Part shown: one piece after another, positions 48,823 through 62,442 of the stretch | Numbering within the stretch: position 1 is the stretch's first letter | Layout: every line of letters starts with the position of its first letter | NCBI RefSeq assembly: GCF_006345805.1 | Contig: NC_043025.1 | Span: 14,136,001 to 14,200,000 of the forward strand | Source: Octopus sinensis | Lineage: Eukaryota | Direction of reading: 5' to 3' | DNA length: 64,000 nucleotides | Notes under the pieces: generated by a model | Databases searched by the model: none | What the model saw: only the letters and a program-made list of their open reading frames with translations | What the model was told of the DNA's origin: nothing | Position numbers and translations under genes: made by a program

Positions 48823-49136
48823 CAGGAGTCGGCAAAGAGTTCCCTATTGACCCCTTGTGGTGGTGGAGGAGGTCCATGGGACTCTCCAAGGGGGTTGATG
48901 AATGTTACCATAACTGTATCAATGTAATAACGGGACCAAAATTTTTATTGTTCTTCATCGAATTCGTTAAGAGTTTTCATTAAATTTCATTAAATGTTTC
49001 TGATCAAAAAGTGGTAACGACCACAAAAGAACAGGAATTTTTTGCTTCAAAATCAGAAATTTACATGATGGTAGGGGTTATAATTTATAAGGTATTCTAT
49101 GAAAGGGGCCAATTGTAACACGTTTGCTGACACCTG
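48823..49136. mobile_element. hAT-like MITE (degenerate)
   Basis: TIR CAGGAGTCGGCAAA / TTTGCTGACACCTG; no clean TSD. Confidence 0.4.
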
Positions 49137-49715
49137 GTTTAGGGAGACACATGGTCTGTTGCAAGCATTCTACCCTGATGGTAAATTGCACCCTTCTTTC
49201 CACTAGATTCAAAAGGCCTGAAAAGGGGTCACATGTTGGGAACCTTTCTTACTCTGATGAAAACTAAGAAAAAAAAAGCCAAAAGAAAAAAAAAATGAAA
49301 ATAAAAGTGCAGAACAATGGTGGTGGCGACCCATCATGAATGGAGGGTCTGCGTCCAGAATGTGGTGAGGCCGACAACAGCTGACCTCTGTGAACAATGT
49401 CCATCAAGAGAAGAAGGTATGAGAAGAGAAGTAGGTCAAGAGAGGAGAGTAGAATGGTCAGGAGAGAGAGAGGGAGAGACAGACAGACAGAACGAGAGGG
49501 AGGGGGAGAAAGAGGGGAGGAGAGAGACAGAGAGAGGGGAGGGGAAGAGATAGGGAGGGAGAGAGAGAGAAAGGGGGAAAGACAGAGAAGGAGAGAATAG
49601 CAGAGAGAAGGGAGAGACAGAGAAATAGAGGGAATGACAGAGAGAAGGAAGAGAGAGAGAGAAGGAGGAGGAAAGAGAGAGGAGACAAAAGGTAGAGAGG
49701 AAGTGAGTCAGAGAT

Positions 49716-49770
<55 letters not shown>

Positions 49771-50840
49771 GATGCTGAAGCTGATTAGGGGAGAGGGTAA
49801 AAAAAGGGGGGGATGCAGATAGGAGGTTAAATGATGCGAGTCGGGAGGGGGAGGAGAGTGGGGGGAGGGGTCAGGTTAAAAAAAATCGGAGGGAAAAGAA
49901 AAAAGGAAGAAGAAGAAGAAGAAGCAGTAATTAAAACAGATTAAGATTAGAAAGGTAATAATAATAATAATAATAATAATACACAATAAGAAGAATGTGA
50001 TACGGTATGTAATGAATATCGACGGATTTTGATTGTTGAATTGAGCAACATTTCGATCCTGCGTCTGAGTTCTCCGGGTTCGAAATCTTTATATATAAAA
50101 CTGTAGTTGTGTGTGTGTCTGTCCCCTTCGATTTAGATTCCTTGGGTAATCGTCTTCTACTATAGCCCTGAGTTTACCAAAGACTTGTGAGTGGATTTGG
50201 TAAACAGAAACTGAAAAAAGCTTGTTGTCTATATCATCATCATCATCATCATCATTGAATGTCCATTTTCCATCCTAGCCCTGGGCTGGATCATTTGACA
50301 GGATCTGATGTACTCCAGTGTCTGTTCTGGAATGGTTTCCATGGCTAGAAGCCCTTCTTAATGTCAACCGTTTTACAGAATGTGTAGGGTGCTTTTTCAG
50401 TGCCACCTGCACTACAGAGGTTGCCATGCAATTTGCAGGTCTAGGAACCCTGGGGGAAGAAGTGATGGGGGGGGGGGTCAGGTGCATGCTGGAAGATGAG
50501 GGGATTACAATGAGAAGGGGTGAGACAGACCAGGTTCTTGCAGGGGGAATCAGTAAAGCTACTTACATTTAGTAGAGGAAAAGGAAGGGGAAAAAATATA
50601 GAGTAAAGGATCAATGGGTGTGTGTGTGTGTACGTGTGATCATCATCATCGTCAGCTAATGTCTGCTTTCCATGCTGGCATGGGTTGCACAGTTTGACTG
50701 GGGTCTGGGAAGCCAGGAGAATGCACCAGGCTCCAGTCTGGTCTGGTCTGGCAGTGTTTCTACAATAATTTATTCTTTTATTGGCCACAAGGGATAATAG
50801 AAACAGACATAAGGGGACGTGCAAAAAACTTAAAAGACAA

Positions 50841-52050
50841 TCCTTTCTATTCTAGACACAAGACCTGAAATTTGGAAGAAGGGGCCAGTTGATTAGATTA
50901 ACCGCAGTACGCAACTGGTACTTAATTTATCAACCCCCACTGAAAGGATGAAAGGTAAAGTTGACCTCGGCGGAATTTGAACTCAGAACGTAGCGGCAGA
51001 CGAAATACCTATTTCTTTATTACCCACAAGGGGCTAAACACAGAGAGGACAAACAACCGGATTAAGTTGATTACATCGACCCCAGTGCATAACTAGTACT
51101 TATTTAATCGACCCCGAAAGGATGAAAGACAAAGTCGACCTCGGCGGAATTTGAACTCAGAATGTAGCGGCAGACGAAATACCTATTTCTTTATTACCCA
51201 CAAGGGGCTAAACACAGAGAGGACAAACAAGGACAGACAACCGGATTAAGTCGATTATATCGATCCCCAGTGCATAAATGGTACTTATTTAATTGACCCC
51301 GAAAGGATGAAAGGCAAAGTTGACCTTGGCGGAATTTGAACTCAGAACATAATGGCAGACGAAATACCGCTAAGCATTTCACATGGTGTGCTAACGTTTC
51401 TTATTTCTTTACTGCCCACAGGGGGCTAAACACAGAGAGGACAAACAAGGACAGACAAACGGATTAAGTTGATTACATCGACCCCAGTGTGTAACTAGTA
51501 GTTATTTAATCGACCCCGAAAGGATGAAAGGCAAAGTCGACCTTGGCAGAATTTGAACTCAGAACGTAGTGGCAGACGAAATACCTATTTCTTTACTACC
51601 CACAAGGGCTAAACAAAGAGGGGACAAACAAAGACAGACAAATGGATTAAGTCGATTACATCGACCCCAGTGCGTAACTGGTACTTATTTAATTGACCCC
51701 GAAAGGATGAAAGGCAAAGTTGACCTTGGTGGAATTTGAAATCAGAACATAATGGCAGATGAAATACTGCTAAGCATTTCGCATGGTGTGCTAACGATTC
51801 TTATTTCTTTACTGCCCACAAGGGGCTAAACAAAGAGGGGACAAACAAGGGCAGACAAACGGATTAAGTTGATTACATCGTTGAAACGGATTAAGTTGAT
51901 TACAGTGCGTAACTAATAGTTATTTAATCGACCCCAAAAGGATGAAAGGCAAAGTCGACCTCGGCGGAATTTGAACTCAGAACGTAGCGGCAGACGAAAT
52001 ACCGCTAAGCATTTTGCCCGGCGTGCTAACGATTCTGCCAGCTTGTCACC
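50841..52050 (-). mobile_element. Head-to-tail array of about 6 SINE-A units (about 170-230 bp each)
   Basis: Repeated TATTTCTTTA..CCCACAAGGGGCTAAAC..GAACTCAGAAC..GAAATACC units. Confidence 0.85.
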
Positions 52051-52172
52051 CTGACGTACGGTCGAAATATTGTTCGAATCAAGAAACAAAACTGATATTT
52101 CATCACAGTATCGCATCACGCTCTTCTCATTGAGTATTTACCTCCATGAAGAGTTACGTCAAATCTTCATCA

Positions 52173-52206
<34 letters not shown>

Positions 52207-53379
52207 GTAATAATAATAAACAAAGGAAAAAAGTGTCAACAGTACTGTCTGTCTGTCATCCCTTACCTCTTCCACATCAACTATATCCGTTAGACGAGTT
52301 AGTAAGGTTTTAGAGATCACTGGTCAACCCATCAGCTTGCAACAGACGATGGACATCCATAAGACCTGATTGCTGGACAAGAAAAGTTCACAGTCAGCAG
52401 GCTTGTCCTCCTCTCCACGCACGCAGGTCACACCGCATCATCATCACAACACCCCGCCCCCCTCCCCTTCGCCCGACAACGCGCCCACACACACACACAC
52501 ACACAACACCCACACACGTGTGTGTCAGATGCAGGTCTCTCTCTTTCGCACACGCACACACAACGGGAGATGGTGGCAGGGGCCAAATGTGCTGGTGAAG
52601 GCGGTGGCGGTGACGGCTGATTATGATGGTGGCAGTGGTGAGCGCAGTCGTGGTGGTGGTGGTGGTGGTGGTCATGGCACTGATTGTGGTGGTGGTGGTC
52701 ATGGCACTGATTGTGGTGGTGGTGGTCATGGCACTGATTGTGGTGGTGATGGTGCTGTTGTTGTTGTTGTTGTTAAGCAACAAGATGGGTAAGGGTGATT
52801 AGGTGATGGTCTAGGGCTTAGGGGCAGGAGACCCCAGACCTTGGAAAAAAAAAAAAATCTTTGTTCGTCTTGTAGTCGAAGGCTCTTCCTTGATGCCTGA
52901 TACCTATTTCTTTACTATCCACAAGGGGCTAAACACAGAGGGGACAAACAAGGACAGACAAACGGATCAAGTCGATTACATCGACCCCAGTGCATAACTG
53001 GTACTTAATTTCTCGACCCCGAAAGGATGAAAGGCAAAGTTGACCTCGGCGGAATTTGAACTCAGAACGTAGCGGCAGACAAAATACGGCCACGCATTTC
53101 GCCCAGAGTGCTAATGATTCGCTGGAAATGGAGATCTCCAGGTTCAAATTCTTGAACGGCTGCTGATGGTGCCGGAGCCATTGGGATCAATAAGATGCAG
53201 AGGAATTGTGATCAGAAGCTACAGAGTGTGTGTGAGTGTGTAGGGGTTTCAGGTTTTTCAGGAAATTGGCCCAACGTTATAAGAAGGGGTTGCACTAAAG
53301 TCTTTGGTAAACCGATATGGAGCTATGAAGGGATCTACAGGAACTTTTAGCGAAACAACTAGAAATTATAAAAAGTGTC

Positions 53380-54290
53380 AGCAGGATTTTGAGGGCAAAC
53401 TGACCAGAAATCATAGAGGGGTCACAGCAGGCTTCTCTGGGTATACTCGTTTGAAGTCATGAAGAGGGTGGCAGGCATTTTAAAGTAAACTGACCTGGGT
53501 TCAAGGAAAGGTCGCCAAGCACTTTTGGGCAAACTGAGTCGAGATTATGGACAGTTTAGCAGGCTTTTGGGGTAAAAACTAATTTGAGGTCATGCAGAGG
53601 TCAGCAAGCTTTTTTGGTCAAACTGACCTGAGGTCATGGAGGGATCATTAGGTTTTTGGGAGTCAATTGATTTGAAGTCATGAAGGAGTCAGCAAGCTTT
53701 TTCGGGGCTAAACTGACCTGAAGTCATGAGGGATCAGCAGGCATTTTTGGGTAAACTGATTTGAGATCATAGAGGGGTCAGGAAGCTTTTTCAGATAAAC
53801 TGATTTGAAGTAATGAAGGGGTTAGCAGGGTTATTTTTGTAAATAGGATCTTTTTGGTAAAGTAACTTGAAGTTATGAAAGGGTCAACAAGATATTTTTT
53901 GGTAAACTTACCTGAGGTCATGGATGGGTCACCAGGCTTTGTTTTTGGTAAAATGACCAGAGTATACAAAAGAGCCACTATGCATTGTAGAACACAGACC
54001 CATGGTCATCGAGAGGTAAGAAGAATGTGTTGGGTAAACTGACTTGGGGTCATAGAAGGGTCAAGAAATTTTTTATGGGTGGGGGTGGGGGGTAGAAATG
54101 ACCCGAGGTCATGGACAGATCAAAAGACTATTTGGTAAACTAACTTGACAACATGGAGAGGTCAGGGGTTTATTTTCTTTGGTGGGTGGTTGGGTGTAAA
54201 ACGACTAAAGATAATTAACTGATCTGGGGGTAAATGTGGGGGTAAACTGATTCAGGATAACTGAGGGGGTCAAAACAATTCCTTTGGTAA
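53380..54290. repeat. Degenerate minisatellite of about 45 bp (gggtaaactgacctgaggtcatggaggggtcagcaggcttt)
   Basis: Recurrent aaactga..gaggtcat motif. Confidence 0.8.
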
Positions 54291-55949
54291 ACTAGGTCCA
54301 GGAGTGGCTGCGTGGTAAGAAGTTTGCTTCCCAACCACGTGGTTCTGGGTTCAGTCCCATTACATAGCTCCTTGGGCAAGAGTTTCCTACTAGGGCTTCA
54401 GGTCGAACAAAGCCTTGTGAATGGAAACTAAAAGAAGCCCATTGTTTATATGTAAAGGTTAATTCAGGAGCAGACAAACTCAGACGGTCTGAAAAATCCT
54501 TATTGTAGACCAACAGGGAGCTACCACCATAAGGGTGGCAGGAGTTACCAGGTGGTAAGTAGCTTGCTTTCCAACCACATGGTTCCAGGTTCAGTCCCAC
54601 TGCATGTCACCTCGGGCACGTGTCTTTCACTATAGCCTTGGATGGATCAAAGCCTTGTGAGTGGATTTGGTAGACAGAAACTGAAAGAAGCCCATCATAT
54701 ACATCCGAGTGTGTATGCATGTTGCTCTCTCCTTGTCTTGACATAATGTGATGTCTATAAATGACCCTCACTGTCAGTGGATTTGTGTACCGCCTTCACA
54801 GTCTTGCATGAAAGACATGTCTGGCCCTGGGGAAATATTACCTTACTTGGAAACAGGAAAGGGTCAGCGACAGGAAGGGCATCCAGACTTAGAAACTCCA
54901 TTTCAATAATTCCCTCTGACCCACGCGAGCATGGATTAATCATCACCATCATCATTGTTTAACATCCTCTTTCCATGCTGGCATGGGTTGGACAGTTTGA
55001 CTGAGGTCTGGAAAGCCAGCAGGCTGCACCAGGCTCCGATCTGATCTGGCACGGTTTCTACAGCTGGATGCTCTTCCTAATGCCAACCACTCCGAGAGTG
55101 TGAAGTGGGTGCTTTTTGTGCACAGGAGCCAGACAGGTGAACATGGCATCGACCACGTTCGGATGGTGCTCTTTACATGCCACCGGCACGGGAGCCAGTA
55201 AGGGGGACCTGGCATCAACCACGTTTGGATGGTGCATTTTTTGTGGACATTATAAATGATTATGGTGATAATGTGTGTGTGTAACCTTGTCTAGGCCTTA
55301 CATGATAGTGGTAAATGAGCATCACCAACATACAAGCAGGGTCGTTCGATCCTAATCTTCCATATGAAACTTGACAAATGGTGCTGGTGTGTTTATATGT
55401 CCATAACAGTGCCGCAAAAGAGACCAGTAGAATAAGTACCATGCTTAAAAAGAAATAAGTATTGGGGGGGAGGGGTTGATTCATTCGACTAAAAAATTCT
55501 TCAAGGTGGTGCCCCAGCATGGCCACAGTCTAATGACTGAAAGAAAATAAACGATAAAAGTTGTGTGTGTGTGAGTTTGTATTTCCCTTTTCTTTTACGT
55601 GGGTTTGCTGAGTGCAAACAAGAGGTTTTGCAGGGGCCAGGAAGGGACAAATGGCAATAACGGTGATGTTGATGACGACGGTATGGACCGGTCCATATGA
55701 AACATCTGGATTCGGACAAACAACCATTCGATGAATGAACAACTGATATTTTGTGATGATACACACACACACACACACACACTGATATAGCCATAAAAAA
55801 TACAGGTAAAATAGGGAGCCATACACACTCTTTTCAATAGGTGTGCTCCCATGAGCACTCACTCAAGTATCAGGACATGCATGCACAAGTCCACCTCCAC
55901 AAGCACATGCAGGAGTGTACATGTGTCCAGACGTGTGTGTGTGTACGTG

Positions 55950-55982
<33 letters not shown>

Positions 55983-56248
55983 CTTTTTACCAAAATTGAA
56001 ACGGAGAGTTGGTCTTGTGACTCGAGCTTGGTCCCGGTGTGGTTCCGTCCGAAGAGGGCGAAAGCGTGAAACTCGAACCACAAGATAAACTCTGTCTCAG
56101 TTTCAATATAAAGCCATATCCCCTACAACACTTATTGAGCACTCCATCCTCATTCATTCAACAACAAGGAACTTGCACATATGTATATACATATATATAT
56201 ATATATATACATATATATATTTATACAATATGTACATATATATATGTG

Positions 56249-56279
<31 letters not shown>

Positions 56280-56375
56280 GTATGTGTATTATATATATAT
56301 ATACAAACATATGTGGTAAATATATACATATATATACATACACATAATGTATATGGTAGATATATACATATATAT

Positions 56376-56417
<42 letters not shown>

Positions 56418-57157
56418 TATAAATAGATGATATATACCAAACTATAATCTTATATTCTGTTATGAAGGATTTAGGGAAGGGGGCAGCACTTGTATTACAT
56501 AAAGAAATTGAAAAGAAAGAGAGAGAGAGAGAGAGAGAGAGGAGGAGGAGTGGTGGCCTCACATGGATTGCCATGGTTTTTTTTCTAGTCAACAAAACAT
56601 ATATTTACAAAAAAAAAAAACAACAAAAAAAACTAACAACACCAAAAAGAAAAATAAACATCATGTGTAACAACAATAACAAGAAGAAGAAGAAGAAGAA
56701 GAAGAAGAAGAAGAAGAGAGACAAGCCAGGCAACAAAATAGAAATAAAATATATAAAAAAAAAGAAAAACAGGCAGTGGTGGCGGTGGGGTGGGGGTGCT
56801 GGCGGTGGTGGTGCTTCAGCATGGTCGTGAAGGCGATAATAATGTAAGAGAACGTAGCAACAGAGAGAGAGAGAGAGAGAGAGAGAGGAGGGAGAGAGGG
56901 GAGAGGTAGTAGTAGTAGATGTGGTAGTAAAAACTGCACAGCAATGTTGATAAACGCCGCAGCCGGCTGCACAATGAGATGCAAGCATGCATAAAGAGTA
57001 AACCAACAAATAAATATATACACACACATACATGTATGTATGTATGGCATACAACTACATATATATATACATGCATATACATACATACATACATATATAT
57101 TATATATATATATATATATACGCGAGAAAGAAGCAACAAGAATGGATAGGTTTTTAG

Positions 57158-57195
<38 letters not shown>

Positions 57196-57547
57196 TACAC
57201 ATATATACACATGCACAGAGATATAGATGTAGATTATATATATGCAATGTACATGTACATATATACACACACTATTAAATATATATATATATATATAGAT
57301 AGATAGTGAAATTTGATTTAATACTAAATTGAATTTTTCCCTGTAAGTTTGGAGTTTAACTCCTTAGTATTATTATTATATTATATATATATATACACAC
57401 ACACATATACATACCTACATTATATATACACATATATATACATATATATATACACATACATTTGGAATCTTACATTGTGTATAAACCCTATATTTGGAAG
57501 GACCAATTTAAAATTCTGTTGGATTTTACTCATAGGATATTGGAATC

Positions 57548-57752
57548 TTACATATATACCATTCTGCCTAAAAAATGGATCTACAAATTCAATATCCCTA
57601 CATATATACCATTCTGCCTAAAAAATGGATCTACAAATTCAATATCCCTACATATATACCATTCTGCCTAAAAAATGGATCTACAAATTCAATATCCCTA
57701 CATATATACCATTCTGCCTAAAAAATGGATCTACAAATTCAATATCCCTACA
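57548..57752. repeat. Four near-perfect copies of a 50-bp tandem repeat
   Basis: tacatatataccattctgcctaaaaaatggatctacaaattcaatatccc repeated. Confidence 0.95.
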
Positions 57753-58661
57753 TATCTCACATCTATTTTCTTTCCTCCACCTCACTCTCTATTTTGGATC
57801 CTATCTGAATGAAATTATCTACCATACACAGTGGAGTAACTTTTATTTCTGTAACTTTTTATCTTCATTTGAATTTTTATCTGATTTATGGCTTGTATTA
57901 TAGAGTCCAATGAAACTAATTTAAACAAACCTATTTTACACATACTTAAAGGGTTACTCCTTTACTTGTTTCAGTCATTTGACTGCAGCCATGCTGGAGC
58001 ACCGCCTTTAGTCGAGCAAATCGACTCCGGGACTTATTCTTTGTAAGCCCAGTACTTATTCTATCGGTCTCTTTTGCCGAACCGCTAAGTGACAGGGACA
58101 TAAACACACCAGCATCGGTTGTCAAGCAATGCTAGGGGGTCAAACACAGACACACAAACACACAGCTATATATACATATATATGACAGGCTTCTTTCAGT
58201 TTCCATCTACCAAATCCACTCACAAGGCTTTGGTCGGCCCGGGGCTATAGCAGAAGACACTTGCCCACGATGCCACACAGTGGGACTGAACCTGGAACCA
58301 TGTGGTTGGTTAGCAAGCTACTTACCACTGTTTATTGTGTTGAACGTTGATAAAGTTGTATAAGGGCCTGATGATTGGGGTGGGATCTTGAGAGGGGTTC
58401 CAGGGAAACACGGAGTGGTTTAGGAACCCAAGGATGTACCTCATGAAACACGTGTTGCCAAGGAATAAAACAGTAGGTATTTAAAATAAATATATAAAAA
58501 TTCTTTTTATTTGGTGAGATGTCGGGGTCAACCATCTCTAAATTAAAATATATTTCTTCATTGAGAATAATTTGTACCTCTGTTATGCCGGAATTTTTAT
58601 TCCCTAAAAAATAATACTTAAATAAAATATATATATATACACACATATATATGTATATATA

Positions 58662-59268
58662 TCTTTATATATAAAAGTGAAGTTGTGTGTCTGTCTCCTA
58701 CGATTTAGATTCCTAACTACTCCCACATTTTGCGGTGCAGTTTAATCAAAACCGGGTATCTTATAGTCGTGATTCATATCGAGCCCTTCTGGGTATTAGC
58801 GTGCATCTACGATGAGTCTACGATTTAAAAAAACATTTACCATCATTTTTTCCCATTTTAATGCATTTTTTCGCTATTATATAAGGGAAGTAACTCTCTA
58901 AAAATGTCTACGATGAGCCTACGATTTAAAAAAACATTTACCATCATTTTTTCCCATTTTAATGCATTTTTTTCGCTATTATATAAGGGAAGTAACTCTC
59001 TAAAAATGTCTACGATGAGTCTACGATTTAAAAAAAAAATTTACCATCATTTTTTCCCATTTTAATGCATTTTTTCGCTATTATATAAGGGAAGTAACTC
59101 TCTAAAAATGTCTACGATGAGTCTACGATTTAAAAAAAAATTTACCATCATTTTTTTTTTCCATTTTTAATGCATTTTTTTGCTATTATATAAGGGAAGT
59201 AACTCTCTAAAAATGCTTATATAGTTATTTCCCTTACAAATCCGAGCAACGCCGGGCGACACTGCTAG
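58662..59268 (+). mobile_element. Non-autonomous Helitron with four internal 101-102-bp tandem units
   Basis: Same ends as 11422-11816; internal units start at 58807, 58908, 59010 and 59112. Confidence 0.8.
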
Positions 59269-59638
59269 TATATATATATAAAATATAAGGGGACGAGGTT
59301 GTCTACAACAGCAAGACCTGTATTAATTTGTATGTATGTGTATATATATCTATGCATGTGTGTGTGTATATATATCTATGCATGTGTGTGTGTATATATA
59401 TCTATGCATGTGTGTGTGTATATATATCTATGCATGTGTGTGTATATATATGCTAAGACGTAGAGAAGTTCAGAGAGAATAAAAATAATTAAACAAAATA
59501 AATATATTTTGAAAAACAACAACAATAACAACAAACACACAAAGGTTGATTTTGCGTCTGGTAGTAAATGTAAGGAGAGAGAGAGAGAGAGAGAGAGAAG
59601 GGGCCGGGGGATGGAAATCCAAATAGGTGCCTACTTAC

Positions 59639-59755
59639 CACTTCTGCCAACTTCTCTTGCACTTGTTTCATCTCCTTGGTTTGGTAATAAAGGGCTTCCT
59701 CCAGCTGGGACACTTTGGCCGTCTTCTCAGCTAATTCTACACTTACTTGGCTTGT
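59639..59755 (-). CDS. CLIP1: CLIP1-like coiled-coil exon, downstream copy of the duplicated 117-nt exon
   Basis: Same splice sites, phase 0-0. One copy joined to exon 42062 gives spacing similar to human CLIP1 as I recall it (TNLQENL...MQETVNKL vs SQLEEAL...MQETINEL). Confidence 0.8.
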
Positions 59756-59768
59756 CTGGAAGGAAAGG

Positions 59769-59804
<36 letters not shown>

Positions 59805-59841
59805 GGCCGGGGGATGGAAATCCAAATAGGTGCCTACTTAC

Positions 59842-59958
59842 CACTTCTGCCAACTTCTCTTGCACTTGTTTCATCTCCTTGGTTTGGTAATAAAGGGCTT
59901 CCTCCAGCTGGGACACTTTGGCCGTCTTCTCAGCTAATTCTACACTTACTTGGCTTGT
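59842..59958 (-). CDS. CLIP1: CLIP1-like coiled-coil exon, upstream copy of a tandemly duplicated 117-nt exon (TSQVSVELAEKTAKVSQLEEALYYQTKEMKQVQEKLAEV)
   Basis: Acceptor tcctttccttccag, donor GTG|gtaagt, phase 0-0, stop-free and heptad-like; identical to 59639-59755. Confidence 0.75.
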
Positions 59959-59971
59959 CTGGAAGGAAAGG

Positions 59972-60007
<36 letters not shown>

Positions 60008-60312
60008 TGGAAGCATAGATAAGATGGTCAGTGGTGGTGGTCGCACTGGAACAAGACAAACCGACGGACAGATCCTAACCATTTTTCTGCCTTGGTTTCA
60101 AAAAATTTTGGAAATAATCAAGAATTTAGTAAAATAAGTTTGTCATATATATATATATGTGTATATTTATATACACAAGTTCAGTAAAATTTAGATTCAG
60201 ATGAATATGGTACTTAAGTTAAAGGCACCAGAATTGGTTATGATATTCTCCATATAATTCAAAATGGGGTGATTACAAACAAAATAAGCAACAAGGATAT
60301 CATCCAGAGGTA

Positions 60313-60402
60313 ATGTAGTACGATCGTTTCATGCGACTCCATTTAATTGAACAATGCAAATATTACATCAGTTTTAAAATGTAGAGCAATCTTCAGCTGC
60401 AT
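60313..60402 (-). ncRNA. Type I hammerhead motif, family 3
   Basis: AUGCAG CUGAAGA ...GCAU GAAA CGAUCG UA CUACAU; within the core it differs from the 7881 copy only at the variable N7 position. Confidence 0.65.
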
Positions 60403-60762
60403 AAAAATATAGAATTTAATTAAATTCGAAGGATTCATTTCAATAGTTTTCTTATCATCCAAAATCACAGAGAGGATAAGTAGACAGACAAAGGACAAGT
60501 TTCATCAACAACATCATAGTTGGAACTGAGATTTTTTTTCAAAGGAAGACACTGTTTATCATTGATTTTATTTTGCTATTCAGATTTACTAATGGGGGTG
60601 GGTGGGAGTAGTTCTAATTTATAGACTAATTTATCAAGTCTAATAGAAACTAGAATCTATCTTTTATGGATAGAGTAAAATAGAGACAGTTTAAGTGGCA
60701 GAGTTATAAATCAAGATTTCTTTGAAGTAAAACCATTGGGGTTCAGGAAGAATATAATTTCA

Positions 60763-60797
<35 letters not shown>

Positions 60798-60930
60798 ATG
60801 AACGGCAACGGGAAACTCAGAGTAACAGGTTTTGTTGAATTTTCTGCTGCTTTAAATAAAGCATATTACTCTACCACTGGTATTTGAGTACTCTTTTTTC
60901 CACCTTGTTTCACATTTATGTGTTTACTCC

Positions 60931-60963
<33 letters not shown>

Positions 60964-62176
60964 TATATAAAATCTGTTCTGTGTGTGGCTTCTAGGATCT
61001 CGGGCATCAAATTTGATATGTAGATACCGACAGTATCAGGGCGTGTATAAGTCTTGAAAAAATTACAAAAATCGATTCCAGGTGAGAATGCGATTGATTA
61101 AGCTGAATAAAATCGTTTTTCTTTGGAATAGAAAAAAGTCTATCTTTATTTCTTCTTTTGCTGGTGTCTCAAATTTAGGTTAAATCAGTGTTTCTCAAAG
61201 GGGAAGCCTATGGGACGGTCGGACAAGTTGTTTTGAGAAAATTTGGTTTAAATGTTTGACAACTCAGCACCGTCCATTGGCGTTTTGCTCGTTTTTATAT
61301 ATATATATATATATATGTGAGTGGAGGCGCAATGGCCCAATGGTTAGGGCAGCTGACTCGCGGTCGTAGGATCGCGGTTTCAATTCCCAGACCGGATGTT
61401 TTGAGTGTTTATTGAGCGAAAACACCTAAAGCTCCACGAGGCTCCAGCAGGGGATGGTGGCGATCCCTCCTGTACTCTTTCGCCACAACTTTCTCTCTTT
61501 TTTCTGTTGGCCTGCTCGCTTAGCCAGCGGGGTGGCGTCCTTTGAAGGCTAAAACAATGCGAAGCACATTGTGACCAGCGATATGTTGCAACATCTGATA
61601 GCCTGGTCGGTCACGGTGATATATATATGTATACACACACATATTGATTAGAAACTGTATAACAACGGGAAAGTAAAGAGGTGGTATTTGAACAGAATGA
61701 GAAGGAAGAGGTAGGGGTCAGCGAGGAGTTAATAGCCCCAGATACAGGAGGAGGCTGGTTTGTAAACACCACATCACGCATCAGAAGTACATCCTGTCAG
61801 CAACGTCACTACCCACCTCATCAGACAGCACAAAACAGCACGGCGTGGTACCCTAGGATTACAACACAACATGGTACAGCACAACATACCACTACACTAC
61901 ATCACAAACACCTCACCTCTATCCAACAGAACAGAACATTGTGAAAACCACAACACCACATAACATAGCAGAACTACACCACCCAAACACAGCACCACAT
62001 TATCATCATCATCATTATTATTATTATTATTATTATTATTACATCGACCTCCAGCAATTGGCTGGAACTAATATATCTATACAACGGGAAGCTTTATGAA
62101 AATAAACAAAAGACGAAGGCAGGTGGAATACAAACAATTGTATTAGTATGGCGCACAGCAATAGAAATAAAACAAG

Positions 62177-62214
62177 TCTTTTACGTTTCGAGCCTGCGCT
62201 CTTCAACAGAAAGA
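62177..62214 (-). ncRNA. Variant minimal hammerhead with U6 core
   Basis: UCUUU CUGUUGA A GAGC GCAG GCUC GAA ACGU A AAAGA; inverted paralogue at 62443-62480. Confidence 0.5.
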
Positions 62215-62442
62215 TACACAGAAAAGAAACACAGAAAGAAGGAGAGAAAAAAAAGGAGAGAAAAAAATGCGTGCAGAGGCTAGCGAATCAACATGGCGAT
62301 CTGATTCGGGCCAGAAGTCAAAGATCAAACGTGAGACGCAAGAGTGAAAATAGGGGAGATAATAGGGTCAAATGACCACACCCCAACGACATATATATGA
62401 TAGATTGGTAGCCACTACACACATTTATTTTCTCTCCTTGTT

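Noticed and set aside
49305-49417. Plus-strand exon-like segment ending AAG|gtatga
   Set aside because: No polypyrimidine tract, no partner exons and no recognisable product.
55988-56090. Stop-free stretch ending in TTG|gtaaaa (phase 0)
   Set aside because: Weak donor, no good acceptor in a compatible phase, and the peptide is not coiled-coil-like.
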